A DNA stretch of 64,000 nucleotides from an uncultured virus (IMG/VR IMGVR_UViG_3300029305_001437) (Duplodnaviria; Heunggongvirae; Uroviricota; Caudoviricetes), in IMG/VR virus record IMGVR_UViG_3300029305_001437; one strand, given 5' to 3'. The number at the start of each line of letters is the position of its first letter. Position 1 is the first letter of the stretch. The translations under genes were made by a program, and so were the position numbers. Under the pieces are notes generated by a model. That model made no database searches and was not told the origin of the DNA. It saw only the letters and a program-made list of their open reading frames with translations. This document shows, one piece after another, positions 54,197 through 63,980 of the stretch.

Positions 54197-54982
54197 ATGG
54201 AGAAGACGAAAATCGAGTGGGCTGACTCCTCGTGGAACCCGGTAACGGGCTGCTACCACACCTGCCCCTATTGCTACGCAAGAGGAACCTCGAACCGGTT
54301 CAAGGGTTGCGATGCGTCCCCGGACGGCACCGCTCCCGATAAGATCGTGGCATTGACCGAGCGACTGCCCGTAACTGATAGCCACGGCAAAACAAGAAAT
54401 GCCGCATATCCCTATGGCTTCACCCCGACCCTGCACGAGTACCGCCTGAACGACCCTGCAACCAAAGGCTTCGGCAAGACGATCTTCGTCTGCTCGATGG
54501 CAGATCTGTTCGGCAACTGGGTGCCTGACGAATGGATCCTGAAGGTGTTTGAAGCCTGCAAAGCGGCACCCGGCCACAGATACCTGTTCCTGACAAAGAA
54601 CCCCGAGCGATACCTGAAACTCGCTATGAAGGGGCTGCTTCCCAAGGGCGACGAATACTGGTACGGAACCACCGTAACAGATCCCAGTGTTGAGGCGTTT
54701 TGGGCAGACGGATACAACACATTCATCAGTATGGAACCGATCCTGCAGCCGTTTGGAAAAGCGGAAACAGACTACGCAGGGAAGGTCACGGCAGATTACA
54801 TCGACTGGATCATTCTCGGAGCTGAGACCGGGAACCGCAAGGACAAGGTCGTTCCGGAGAGATCCTGGGTCGAAGATGTTGTCCGGGAGTTCCAGGAACG
54901 AGGAAAGCCGGTCTTTATGAAAGATAGTATGATCCCCATTTGGGGAGAGGAAATCCTCACGCAGACACCGTGGGATGATTGA
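54197..54982 (+). CDS. DUF5131 / Gp37-Gp68 family radical-SAM-like protein
   Basis: TKIEW.D.SWNPVTGC...C.YCYA...IFVCSMADLF...LTKNP. Confidence 0.88.
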   Translation: MEKTKIEWADSSWNPVTGCYHTCPYCYARGTSNRFKGCDASPDGTAPDKIVALTERLPVTDSHGKTRNAAYPYGFTPTLHEYRLNDPATKGFGKTIFVCSMADLFGNWVPDEWILKVFEACKAAPGHRYLFLTKNPERYLKLAMKGLLPKGDEYWYGTTVTDPSVEAFWADGYNTFISMEPILQPFGKAETDYAGKVTADYIDWIILGAETGNRKDKVVPERSWVEDVVREFQERGKPVFMKDSMIPIWGEEILTQTPWDD

Positions 54983-54993
54983 AGGAGAGCAGT

Positions 54994-56163
54994 ATGACTA
55001 AGGATGTAAAGATCTTCGCCAAGACAATCGAAGACGAAGCCCGTGAGCAGATTGAAAGGCTTGCAGACCATCCGGTAAGTGATGGAAGCAAGATCCGGGT
55101 AATGCCTGATGTTCACGCTGGTGCAGGTTGCACCATTGGAACGACGATGACCATAACCGATAGGATCTGCCCGAACCTTGTAGGTGTAGACATCGGCTGC
55201 GGTATGCTGGCTGTGAGTCTGGGAGTAAAGAACATTGACTTTGCCAAGCTCGACAGCGTCATCCGATGGAATGTTCCTTCCGGCTTCAACATCCACCCGA
55301 CGGCGAAGGCGTTCTTCAATCTCGACGACTTGAAATGTCCGACTGCTGATAAAGTTCGGGCGATCCGGAGCCTTGGCACCTTGGGTGGAGGCAACCACTT
55401 CATAGAGGTGAACAGAGGCCGGGACGGATACCTCTGGCTCGTCATCCACTCCGGAAGCCGGCATCTCGGCCTGGAGGTAGCGGGATAATACCAGGATCTT
55501 GCGTGGAAGACGATGTCTCAGCCGGGACAGGAGGAGATGGCCGAGCTGATCGCACGGTACAAGGCAGAAGGCAGGCAGAAAGAAATCGCAGATGCCCTGG
55601 CTGCCCTGAAAGCCAAGAAACAGGACTGCGGACCCAAGGATCTGGCGTACCTGACCGGCGATGCAATGGCTGACTATCTGCACGATATGGGCATTGTCCA
55701 GCGATTTGCAGACAAGAACCGGATGACAATCGCCGAAGCCATCCTGAAAGGGCTTGGCCTTGGCTGGGGACGGTTTTTCACCACGACCCACAACTACATC
55801 GATTTGGAGGAAAAGATCCTGCGGAAGGGTGCTGTGGCATCCTACCGGGGTGAACAGCTCCTGATCCCGATGAATATGCGGGACGGCTCCCTTCTGTGTG
55901 AGGGCAAGGGCAATCCGGACTGGAACTGCTCGGCTCCCCACGGTGCAGGACGGCTGATGTCTCGGGCGAAGGCGAGGGACACGCTCACAATGGGCGAGTA
56001 CAAGGCGGCAATGGAGAAGGTTTATACCACCTGCGTCAGCTACGATACCATCGACGAGGCACCGGCGGCCTACAAGAAAATGAGCGAGATCATCGAGTGC
56101 ATTGAACCGACCTGCAAGATCGTAGATGTACTCAAGCCGGTATACAATTTCAAGGCATCCTAA
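54994..56163 (+). pseudogene. rtcB: RtcB-family RNA ligase interrupted by an in-frame TAA at 55486-55488
   Basis: MPDVHAG, VGVDIGCG, GTLGGGNHFIE and HSGSR precede the stop; HNY, RKGA, SAPHGAGR and DEAP.AYK follow it in the same frame. Confidence 0.88.
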
Positions 56164-56174
56164 GGAGGTCCATT

Positions 56175-56549
56175 ATGGGTAAGAACAAGAAAGGCAAGGG
56201 CGTATCAATCCCGAAAGGTAGAAATGGCTACCGTGAACGGGAGAAGACGAAGATCGACATCTTCCGGACGGCGGAGAAGGATACGCAGATCCAGTATATG
56301 ACGGATACTCTTGTCCTGACTCTGAATGACCCTGCTATAATGGGCAAGGATGTGTTCGGCAAGAAGCGGCTCCTGAAGATCATCGAAGCCTGGGGCAAAA
56401 AGTACGACGAGTTTCACGCAGTTTTTGAAAACAACGATGAGACCGACTACTACCAGATGAAGCTGGATAAATGCCTGAGGCAGATCTTCGGTGATGATAT
56501 GGAGAATTTTGGAGCGAGATACCCTTGGATTAAGGACCAGACATTCTAA
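56175..56549 (+). CDS. Hypothetical protein
   Basis: AAGGAGG RBS. Confidence 0.7.
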   Translation: MGKNKKGKGVSIPKGRNGYREREKTKIDIFRTAEKDTQIQYMTDTLVLTLNDPAIMGKDVFGKKRLLKIIEAWGKKYDEFHAVFENNDETDYYQMKLDKCLRQIFGDDMENFGARYPWIKDQTF

Positions 56550-56586
56550 TGCGGTGATGTAGAAAGCGAGGTGAAGGGCACCCATA

Positions 56587-57081
56587 ATGGAAACGGAAAA
56601 GTTGTTTGATGCTGACTCGGTCAAGGAATGGCTCGAAGACTATGTCCTGGCAGAGGAAGACATCGACGGTGAAATTGAGCGGCTCGAATACTTTGTATCC
56701 AAGATGACCAGCCTCGGCTCTCAGAATATGGATGGGATGCCCAGAGCCACAAACGCTTCCACAGACCGAATGGCCGAGATGCTTGCCCGGAAGGAGGAGC
56801 TTGAAGGATCTATCCGGGAGTCAGTCCGGAAGCAGGCAGAGGTCAGAAAGAAAATCGAGGCGGTTGTCCGGAAACTCCGGAAGGTAGAGCGAAGATCCGT
56901 GATCCGGTTGAAATACCTCGACCGTACTGAATGGGACGATGTGCTCGAAGTGATGTACGGCAAGAGGGATGACTTCGACGATAGGTACGATACATACCGT
57001 CGGGCGATGTACCGGCATCACGAGGACGCTCTTGCAGAAATGGCCAGGGTGATGAACCTAATGGCAACGCAGGAAGTTTGA
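56587..57081 (+). CDS. Late transcriptional activator, ArpU/RinA/DUF1492-like
   Basis: K.WL..Y...I..EIERLE...ERRSVIRLKYLD..EW...YR.H..AL; at the end of the replication operon. Confidence 0.7.
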   Translation: METEKLFDADSVKEWLEDYVLAEEDIDGEIERLEYFVSKMTSLGSQNMDGMPRATNASTDRMAEMLARKEELEGSIRESVRKQAEVRKKIEAVVRKLRKVERRSVIRLKYLDRTEWDDVLEVMYGKRDDFDDRYDTYRRAMYRHHEDALAEMARVMNLMATQEV

Positions 57082-57086
57082 AATAC

Positions 57087-57170
57087 CCGAATACAGCGGT
57101 TTCCAGACCAAGAAGCAATACCCTCTATCATCCGGATAATTTCTATCCGATCTATCAGCCAATTTTGTAG
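57087..57170 (+). repeat. Dispersed intergenic element, family A
   Basis: CCGAATACAGCGGTTTCCAG...GAAGCAATACCCTCTATCATCCGG...GCCAATTTTG. Confidence 0.75.
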
Positions 57171-57187
57171 GCGAAATCTTGTAAGAA

Positions 57188-57226
57188 AAGGAGCAGGCGA
57201 GGAGAAATACCTGGCCTGCTCTTTTG
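57188..57226. terminator. Hairpin terminator
   Basis: GAGCAGGC.AGG...CCTGGCCTGCTC-TTTT. Confidence 0.7.
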
Positions 57227-57281
57227 TAATCTCCGCCACCGTTGACTACGAAAAATATTTAGAAAAATCCTGAAAAAACTA

Positions 57282-57309
57282 TTGACTTAGGTGGTAGGTA
57301 AGTTAAGAT
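57282..57309 (+). promoter_or_regulatory. Early-type promoter P6
   Basis: TTGACT-taggtggtaggtaagt(16)-TAAGAT. Confidence 0.85.
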
Positions 57310-57387
57310 AAGATTGTAAAAACAAACAAAATTCGGTGAAAAACAGCCAGTTTTGCACCTGAAATGTTCGGAAAAAGGAGAACCGAA

Positions 57388-59678
57388 ATGAAAGTCAAGA
57401 TCTTAGAAACCATCGACTACACCCTGAGCCGAAAAGGCCACCGGGTATATACGATCGTAGATGAAAACGGTCGGCCTATAAGCAAGTCCGGGTGCTGGAA
57501 GTCCAAGGCTACTTGCCGCAAGCATATCGAAGAACTCGGCCACGAGTTTACCGGAGTCGTAACGAAGCACCAGAACTACTCGCACTGGGCATCCTTCGTC
57601 CCGGTTCAGTAAGGAGGCGGCGAAGATGATGGTGAAAGCAAAGGATCTCCAGCAAGGAGATGTGATCCGGATCGACCACTGGAGCAACCTGTGGAAGCGG
57701 GTGGCACCGACGACAGCGACAGTCCTGGCAGTAAGTGAGTTCGGTAGCAACCGAAGTATCCTCGCCAAGGTTCGGGACGGCATGAACGAATTTGTTTCCG
57801 ACATCTTCGCAGACGCAGAAAAAGAATACGAGAAGATCGCTTGAAAGGAGCACTGAAAATGGCTGATAAGAAAATCGAAGTGACCTTGACCTGCAACCTG
57901 ATTGCAGAAGGCCAGTATTACCTGAACGGAACCCGGCTCCACTTTGACGAGCCCTGGGCGGTGTATGTGGTAAACGGCGACCTGTATATGCCTTACTTCC
58001 GCATTTACATCAACGGCGAATTTAGAGGTGTCGCAAGATACGAGCGTGAAGCGTTCGATTTCCTCCTGAAGGCGACGAACAGCTTGGCAACAAGAGTGTA
58101 AGGGTAGGCGGAAGATATGTTCGATAAGAAGACCTCAGGCAGCATGAAGTATTCGGATCTGCCGCCGAAGTACCAGCATCAGGCGAGGTGCTGGGCGGTA
58201 GATGCCTGGAATGAGCTGTACTCGGAACAGGGCTTGCCACTGATCGACGGAGCGGCCCCAGAAGTAGAACAGCTCCTGGCCGATTGGGAGTTTGAGATCG
58301 TAAGCGGCAGTTACGAACCCGGTGTTAGATACGAAAGATTGGAGCGGATTTGATGAAGAAGTTAGTAGATCAGGACTGGAGAGAGGCGAGTGTAGCCTGC
58401 TCCGTATTGTCCGTTCTTAAATCGGAGGGGATGGAGCCTGTTGTGAAAGCGATACAGGATAAGCTCCCCGCCACCGCCGAAGCCTTGCTGATGGAGATCG
58501 AAGCAGATCACGCAGCGACAATGCAGGAGTACACGGCGGCAGAAAATCGTTACATTGATATGGCCATCGAGGAGTGCTGGAAGCGAGTCGAGCGGCTGTA
58601 CGAAGAACAGAAAGGATGAACTGTATGAAATTTTTGACAGACAGGCAAGAGATTGCGAAGGCAATGAACTTCGGAAAGTATCCGGTGCTCTACATCGACC
58701 GTGATAATAAGAAGTACGATTCGCCTGAACACCCGAGCGACTTTTGTATCGGCAGTAAGTGCCGGCTCGATTGGGAGCACAAGAATCCACGATACGCAGA
58801 TATGACTGCCCGATGCGAGCTGTATTACAGCAACGGCAGGTATCACCTGAGCCAGGGAGCCGGTTGCCTGCACGCTGATTTCGGCAGACACGATGTCCTT
58901 GAGATGGTCGAGTGGGCACGGGTGCCCCTGGTACGCTGCGGCCAGACTGTCATCGTAGTCGAAGATTTCACCAAGCAGAAGCTTTGCAAGGTTCGGGTGA
59001 TGAAGATCGCTGACCACAAGGATTTGAACTGTTCGACCGTGACATCTTTGGAAGACATTGAGGAGGAAAAATATGAACCCTGAGAGAATTGCCGCCATCG
59101 AAGCGGCTTGGGAGAAGATCAAGGTATTCTGCAAGAAATACGAAGGAGCCTGCGTGGATGACATCCAGGTGCGGTTCCAGTCCGACGGATACCATTGGGT
59201 AGAGTTCGGAGTAACACCGATGGGTGTACCGTATATCAATTTTGCCGGCCACAATTATGGATCACGGTCGGTTTCCTCTGACTGGATCGGGCATCCCAGA
59301 CAGAAGGAGTATAGGATGGACGCCCGGTACAACTATATGGAGAAGGTCATCAAAAGTTGGCCTGGGATCAAAAAGGCAATCGAGAGGAAAGTCGAGGAAG
59401 AAAATCGGCTGTTCAACTTTGAACCTTGAGGGGTGGATGAAATGTTCAAGTTCGTTAAACCATTCCTGGTCGAAGTGGAGGAAGTGGTAAGAAAGAAAGT
59501 CGTGGTATATGCAGAGGTGGAGGAAGATGCCGCTGCCCTTGCTGTGAAAATGATAAAGCAAGGGGTTGTTGCGGTCACTGATGAGCCTGCATCGTATACC
59601 TGCAGATCCGTCGTAGACTTTACGCCTGAAAACGCATCCAGGTGGTATCCCCGTTACGGGATGGAGGTGAGCAGATGA
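57388..59678 (+). other. Operon of short hypothetical ORFs (57388-57612, 57626-57844, 57859-58101, 58117-58353, 58350-58619, 58625-59083, 59073-59429, 59433-59678)
   Basis: Abutting ORFs with RBS. Confidence 0.75.
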
Positions 59679-60523
59679 AGATCCTGTCTTGCGGTGCTGG
59701 TATGCAGTCCACCGCTCTGGCCCTGATGAGCTGTGAAAATGCCTTGGCTGCCCGGAAAGGGTGGGAGATCCCGCATCCGGAAGTCCCGATCTACGATATT
59801 GTCATCTTCTGCGATCTCGGCTTGGAGCCGTCGTGGGTGATGCGGCAATGGTTGTTCATTGAGAGAGCCTGCGACTCGGCAGGCATCCGCCACGAGATGC
59901 TTGACACAGATCTGTACGGTCATATTATGGAGAACTTCGGCGAACGCCGAACCGTCAGTGTACCGTGGTGGACTCTGGGTGATGATGGAAAGAAATCTAA
60001 GATGCCCAGGAACTGCACAATCGACTTTAAGGTTGAGATGATCTCCAAATACATCCGATGGGAAGTCCTCGGCTACAAGAAAGGACAGCGTCTCAAAGAC
60101 CACGATAAGAAAGCCCACGAGATGCACATGGGCTTTTCCAAGGAGGAAGAACGGCGGTGTAAGGAGAGCCCGAACCCGATGTTTATCAACAAGTTCCCGC
60201 TCTGCGTTATGGGCTGGACCCGAGCTGAGTCGTATGCGTACTGTCTGGATGTGTGGGGCCTTGACACCAAGGCTTCCGCCTGCTCGTTCTGCCCGTTCCA
60301 CCAGAATTACTTCTACAAGTACCTGAAGGAAAACCACCCGGAAGAATATGCCGCTCTCGTCGAGGTGGACGAGCTCCTGCGGGACAAAAACCCGAAGCCA
60401 CCGATGGACTCGGATCTGTTCATTTCCCGGAGCCGCAAGCGGCTGGAGGATCTCACAGACGAGGACTGCAATGATGCGGTATGCTTTGAATACTGCGGCA
60501 AGCAGATCTGGAATGGATTTTAG
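59675..60523 (+). CDS. PAPS-reductase-like / adenine nucleotide alpha-hydrolase family protein
   Basis: PP-loop-like LSCGAGMQST, IFCDLG.E, R.CT.DFK and SAC.FCPFH. Confidence 0.7.
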   Translation: MKILSCGAGMQSTALALMSCENALAARKGWEIPHPEVPIYDIVIFCDLGLEPSWVMRQWLFIERACDSAGIRHEMLDTDLYGHIMENFGERRTVSVPWWTLGDDGKKSKMPRNCTIDFKVEMISKYIRWEVLGYKKGQRLKDHDKKAHEMHMGFSKEEERRCKESPNPMFINKFPLCVMGWTRAESYAYCLDVWGLDTKASACSFCPFHQNYFYKYLKENHPEEYAALVEVDELLRDKNPKPPMDSDLFISRSRKRLEDLTDEDCNDAVCFEYCGKQIWNGF

Positions 60524-60526
60524 GAG

Positions 60527-62846
60527 GTGAAAGCAATGGAAAAGAATTGCCCTTGCAGGATGTGCCTGAACGCAACGGTAGACGGTGATCTCCGCCACGA
60601 CAACGATCTGTCCTACATAGGGATCGGAGATTGCAACCCCGGGCTCAGGCTTATGTTCAAAACTGGAGATGGCAGGCCGACAGAGATCCTCGTTGAGAGA
60701 TGGGATAAAAAGAACGGGTGGCAGACCGTTGGTGTGTATCGACCGGCGTATTGCCCCAACTGTGGCAGGCTCTTGGTCGAGAACCTGAAGAACGGAGGAC
60801 GGAGGTACGGAAATGGCCAGTAAGAAAACAGCCAAGATGAGCAACTGCAAGTGTCCCAAGTGCGGGGCGAAGCTGGTGGTTACAGAGTTTACTGAATACT
60901 GCCGGCGGTGCGGGTACAGCAAACACCGGGAGCCCAGCAACCTGACAAAGCGACTATATGGATTTTAGGAGGCAGCGGCGATGAATAGATTGACTCAACG
61001 CATAGGTGTCAATGGTGAGGCGATCCTCATTAGCGATATGGAGGAAAAGTTCACTGCTGAGGAGCTGATCGACATCTTGCTTGCTCGGTTGGCAGAGTAT
61101 GAAGATACCGGATACAGTCCGAATGGTGTTATCGCTCTTGCCGAGAAGGTGAAGAAAGGCACGATCGAAGACAAGCCATCCGCCACCGCAAAGACGGATG
61201 GGAGCCAGGATGAACTGGCACCGTGTCCTTTCTGCGGCAGGGAGCCTTATATGCAGATCAGACCTACCGCACGAAAGACCAAGATTTATTCCGTGAAGTG
61301 TCAATGTGGTGCAATGCACCGCTTTGTTGACAGGCGATACAAAGCGGTAGACCAATGGAATGGGAGGGTGTGAAATGAAGGTTAGTCGTTCCACTGAATT
61401 GGGTAGCTATTTTTCTTTTCCGGAAAACATAAAGTCGGAGTCCGATGGCCTGCGAGAAAGAATAACACAACAGATTGCGGTGAAGATGGTGGATAATTAT
61501 GAGTCCGCCGTCGTTGAGGAAATCGCTATGAGTGCGAGAGCAGAGGGCATTACTGACTGCGCTGTGCTGAACAAGCAGGCGATCATTGATGCGTTGAAAA
61601 AAGCGGTTCCTACAAAACCGAACAATTCCGAAACGAGAGCACCTCTGTGCCCGTTCTGCAATCGGTTCATTGACAGAAATGAGCATAAGCACGGAAATAT
61701 CGATATTCCGCACTGTAAATGGTGCGGACAGGCTTTGAACTGGGAGGGGTGAAGATGGAGCACAGAAGGGATCCTCGCATTGATGAGGACGAGACCATAT
61801 TCGACGATAACGGGACGGAGATTTCGCCCCTGGATGATGACTATGAATATTGGAAGTCCGTGCAGGAGAGCCTGAATGATCTGTTGTCCGACGACTACTG
61901 TAAATACGATCACGATTAGGAGGAAAGGAAATGAAATTGAAATGTCTGCACTGCCAGAATGAATTTGATGGCACAATCGAAAAGGACGACCTCGGGTGGC
62001 ATAGTTCCTGCCCAAAGTGCGGAGGTAGCTTCGATGTAGATGTTCCCGAAGGGAAGATCGTAGTTGCCTTTACAGATCCGCTTGACGGAGAAGACGAGCC
62101 CTATAAGTCGTTCGATCAAGCGGTTCCCACTTGGAACATCCACGGGTACTACGCTTTCGATAGCGTGGAGGAGTTCCTGCAGAAGTGGAAGGAGTTTGTC
62201 GATGAGCCCTACGGTATGTGGTACTGGGTGATCGACGAAGGCAAGGTGATATGCAGTGGTGCCGTTGACCCGTATGACATCGAGATATTCCAGGAACACT
62301 GGGGACTGAAAGAGGAGGAAGACTGATGAAAAAATGGAAGTCCGGAATAAATAGGCACGAGCTGTTCTTGCAGGGCGTTTCTGTTTGCGTATTGCACTTT
62401 GGACCTGACTGCGGCTACTACTGTGAGGCACAGATCGGGAACGGCATCCGTAACGAGAGCTTCGGTTTCTGCACGGAGTACGAAGCGAAGATCAGTGCCG
62501 AGGCTTGGTATGCAGCACAGATGAGAGCCTGTTATCGGTTTTACAGGCGGTGTGCAACGGAATGTCTGGACAGACTGAGGGACTTGGGGGTATCGGAGAA
62601 GGTATGAAGAAGTATGTTTGCACAGCAGGCTTCGCTCTGGAGCAGTTCGACGATGACGGGTTCACTACTGAAAAGTGGATGACAGTCGAAGAAGGCGATA
62701 TATGGACTGAAGATGACACCGCCTTCCGCATGGTTGGAGGCGACGACACAGTCAGACTGGTACGGAAGAAAGAGAACTCCGAAGGCTGGATGGAGATCAC
62801 GAAGGAGACCCTGGCCACACACTTTGCCCTGGTCGAAAATACTTAG
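60527..62846 (+). other. Short Zn-finger-rich ORFs (60527-60823; 60981-61373 with Lar-like LAPCPFCG; 61375-61752; 61755-61919; 61931-62326; 62326-62607; 62604-62846)
   Basis: Operon packing and CxxC pairs. Confidence 0.7.
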
Positions 62847-62865
62847 CCGGCGACCGCCTTTCTTA

Positions 62866-62893
62866 TTGACTTTTCACGGTACTGTGATATAAT
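62866..62893 (+). promoter_or_regulatory. SigmaA promoter with extended -10
   Basis: TTGACT-16-TATAAT, with TG one base upstream of the -10. Confidence 0.8.
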
Positions 62894-62915
62894 AAAAGAA
62901 AAGGTGGTAGCACAG

Positions 62916-63170
62916 ATGCCGACAATTTCTCGATTTTATGGACTTATCATTCGCATGAACCTCCGCAGCCGGGAACATAATCCCCCTCATATCCACGCAG
63001 AATACGGGGAATATGAAGCCTTAATCGACCTGCGGGATTTATCGGTGGTCCGGGGCAAACTCCCAAATCGTGCCTTGGAAATGACCCTTGAGTGGACTTC
63101 CCAAAATCAGCAAAAACTGCTTGAAATGTGGGAAACCTCCCAAATCACAAAACTGCCCCCGCTCGTCTGA
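62916..63170 (+). CDS. DUF4160-domain protein (putative toxin)
   Basis: MPTISRFYGLII.M...EHNPPHIHAEYG...GKLP...W...LLEMW. Confidence 0.88.
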   Translation: MPTISRFYGLIIRMNLRSREHNPPHIHAEYGEYEALIDLRDLSVVRGKLPNRALEMTLEWTSQNQQKLLEMWETSQITKLPPLV

Positions 63171-63195
63171 GCGGGGCATCCGACAGGAGGAGCTT

Positions 63196-63651
63196 ATGGA
63201 AAACTTTGTCGAATATCCGATCAGGACGCTGACCTTGGTTAAGGACTACGAGGTGATCGCCCACTTCAAGAATGGCGATGTGAAGCGGTATGATTTCCGG
63301 AAGATCATCGACCAGCTGGAACCGCTGAGGATCTTGGCGGAAGACTACGAGCTGTTCCAGAAAATCCATCTGTCTGCCGGCGGATACAGCATCATCTGGA
63401 ACGACGACCTTGACCTCGAAGCTGAGGAGCTGTGGTACGAAGGTGAAGATGTTGACTCCCCGTTCCGGGATCTTATGGCTTTCCGTGATGCGGAAGAAAC
63501 CTGGGGCTTGAAACCGAGTGCCCTCCGGAAGGCTGTTCAGTACAAGCGGTTCACAGTCGGCGAAGATGTGATGCACTTCGGTAAGCAGTGGGTGATAACC
63601 AAGAAGGCTATGGTACGGGAATACGGCCCCGAACCCAGGCAAGCTGAATAA
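63196..63651 (+). CDS. DUF2442-domain plus C-terminal HTH protein (putative antitoxin)
   Basis: F.NG..K.YD...LF...GGY.I.WNDDLDL..EELW; A...WGL..S.LRKA...FGKQWVIT. Confidence 0.85.
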   Translation: MENFVEYPIRTLTLVKDYEVIAHFKNGDVKRYDFRKIIDQLEPLRILAEDYELFQKIHLSAGGYSIIWNDDLDLEAEELWYEGEDVDSPFRDLMAFRDAEETWGLKPSALRKAVQYKRFTVGEDVMHFGKQWVITKKAMVREYGPEPRQAE

Positions 63652-63654
63652 GAC

Positions 63655-63685
63655 GAGCGGCTCTCGAAAGAGGGCCGCTTTTTTA
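63655..63685 (+). terminator. Intrinsic terminator
   Basis: AGCGGCTCTC-gaaa-GAGGGCCGCT-TTTTT. Confidence 0.85.
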
Positions 63686-63704
63686 TGCCCAAATGTCCGA
63701 CTCA

Positions 63705-63781
63705 AGCCAATACCAGAACCCGAAGCAATACCCTACATCATTCGGCACCCGGCAATCAGCTCCATTTGCCAATTTTGCAGA
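63705..63781 (+). repeat. Dispersed intergenic element, family A
   Basis: GAAGCAATACCCTACATCATTCGGCACCCGGCAATCAGCTCCATTTGCCAATTTTG. Confidence 0.75.
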
Positions 63782-63980
63782 CCTGAAAGACGGTGATTAT
63801 GGTCATTTCCTGTCACTGTCACTAAATGACACGATTTCGCACTGAATTGCATTGAGTTGTCATAAATGCTGGTGTATCGTGTATAACAGCAAAAACCGGA
63901 TGACTGTTGGGGGACAGGAAATCCACAGAGCGTCGCTGAAAAGCGGCGTTTTTTCATTCTCATTTATGGAGGTTCAAGTT

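Noticed and set aside
55486..55488. Genome-wide stop-codon reassignment
   Set aside because: TAA, TGA and TAG all terminate well-defined genes elsewhere (for example dUTPase TAA, SSB TGA, methyltransferase TAG); only one gene is interrupted
12866..63781. Dispersed repeats as a CRISPR array or integron attC sites
   Set aside because: Copies are degenerate, kilobases apart and non-palindromic; no cas gene or tyrosine integron integrase is in the window
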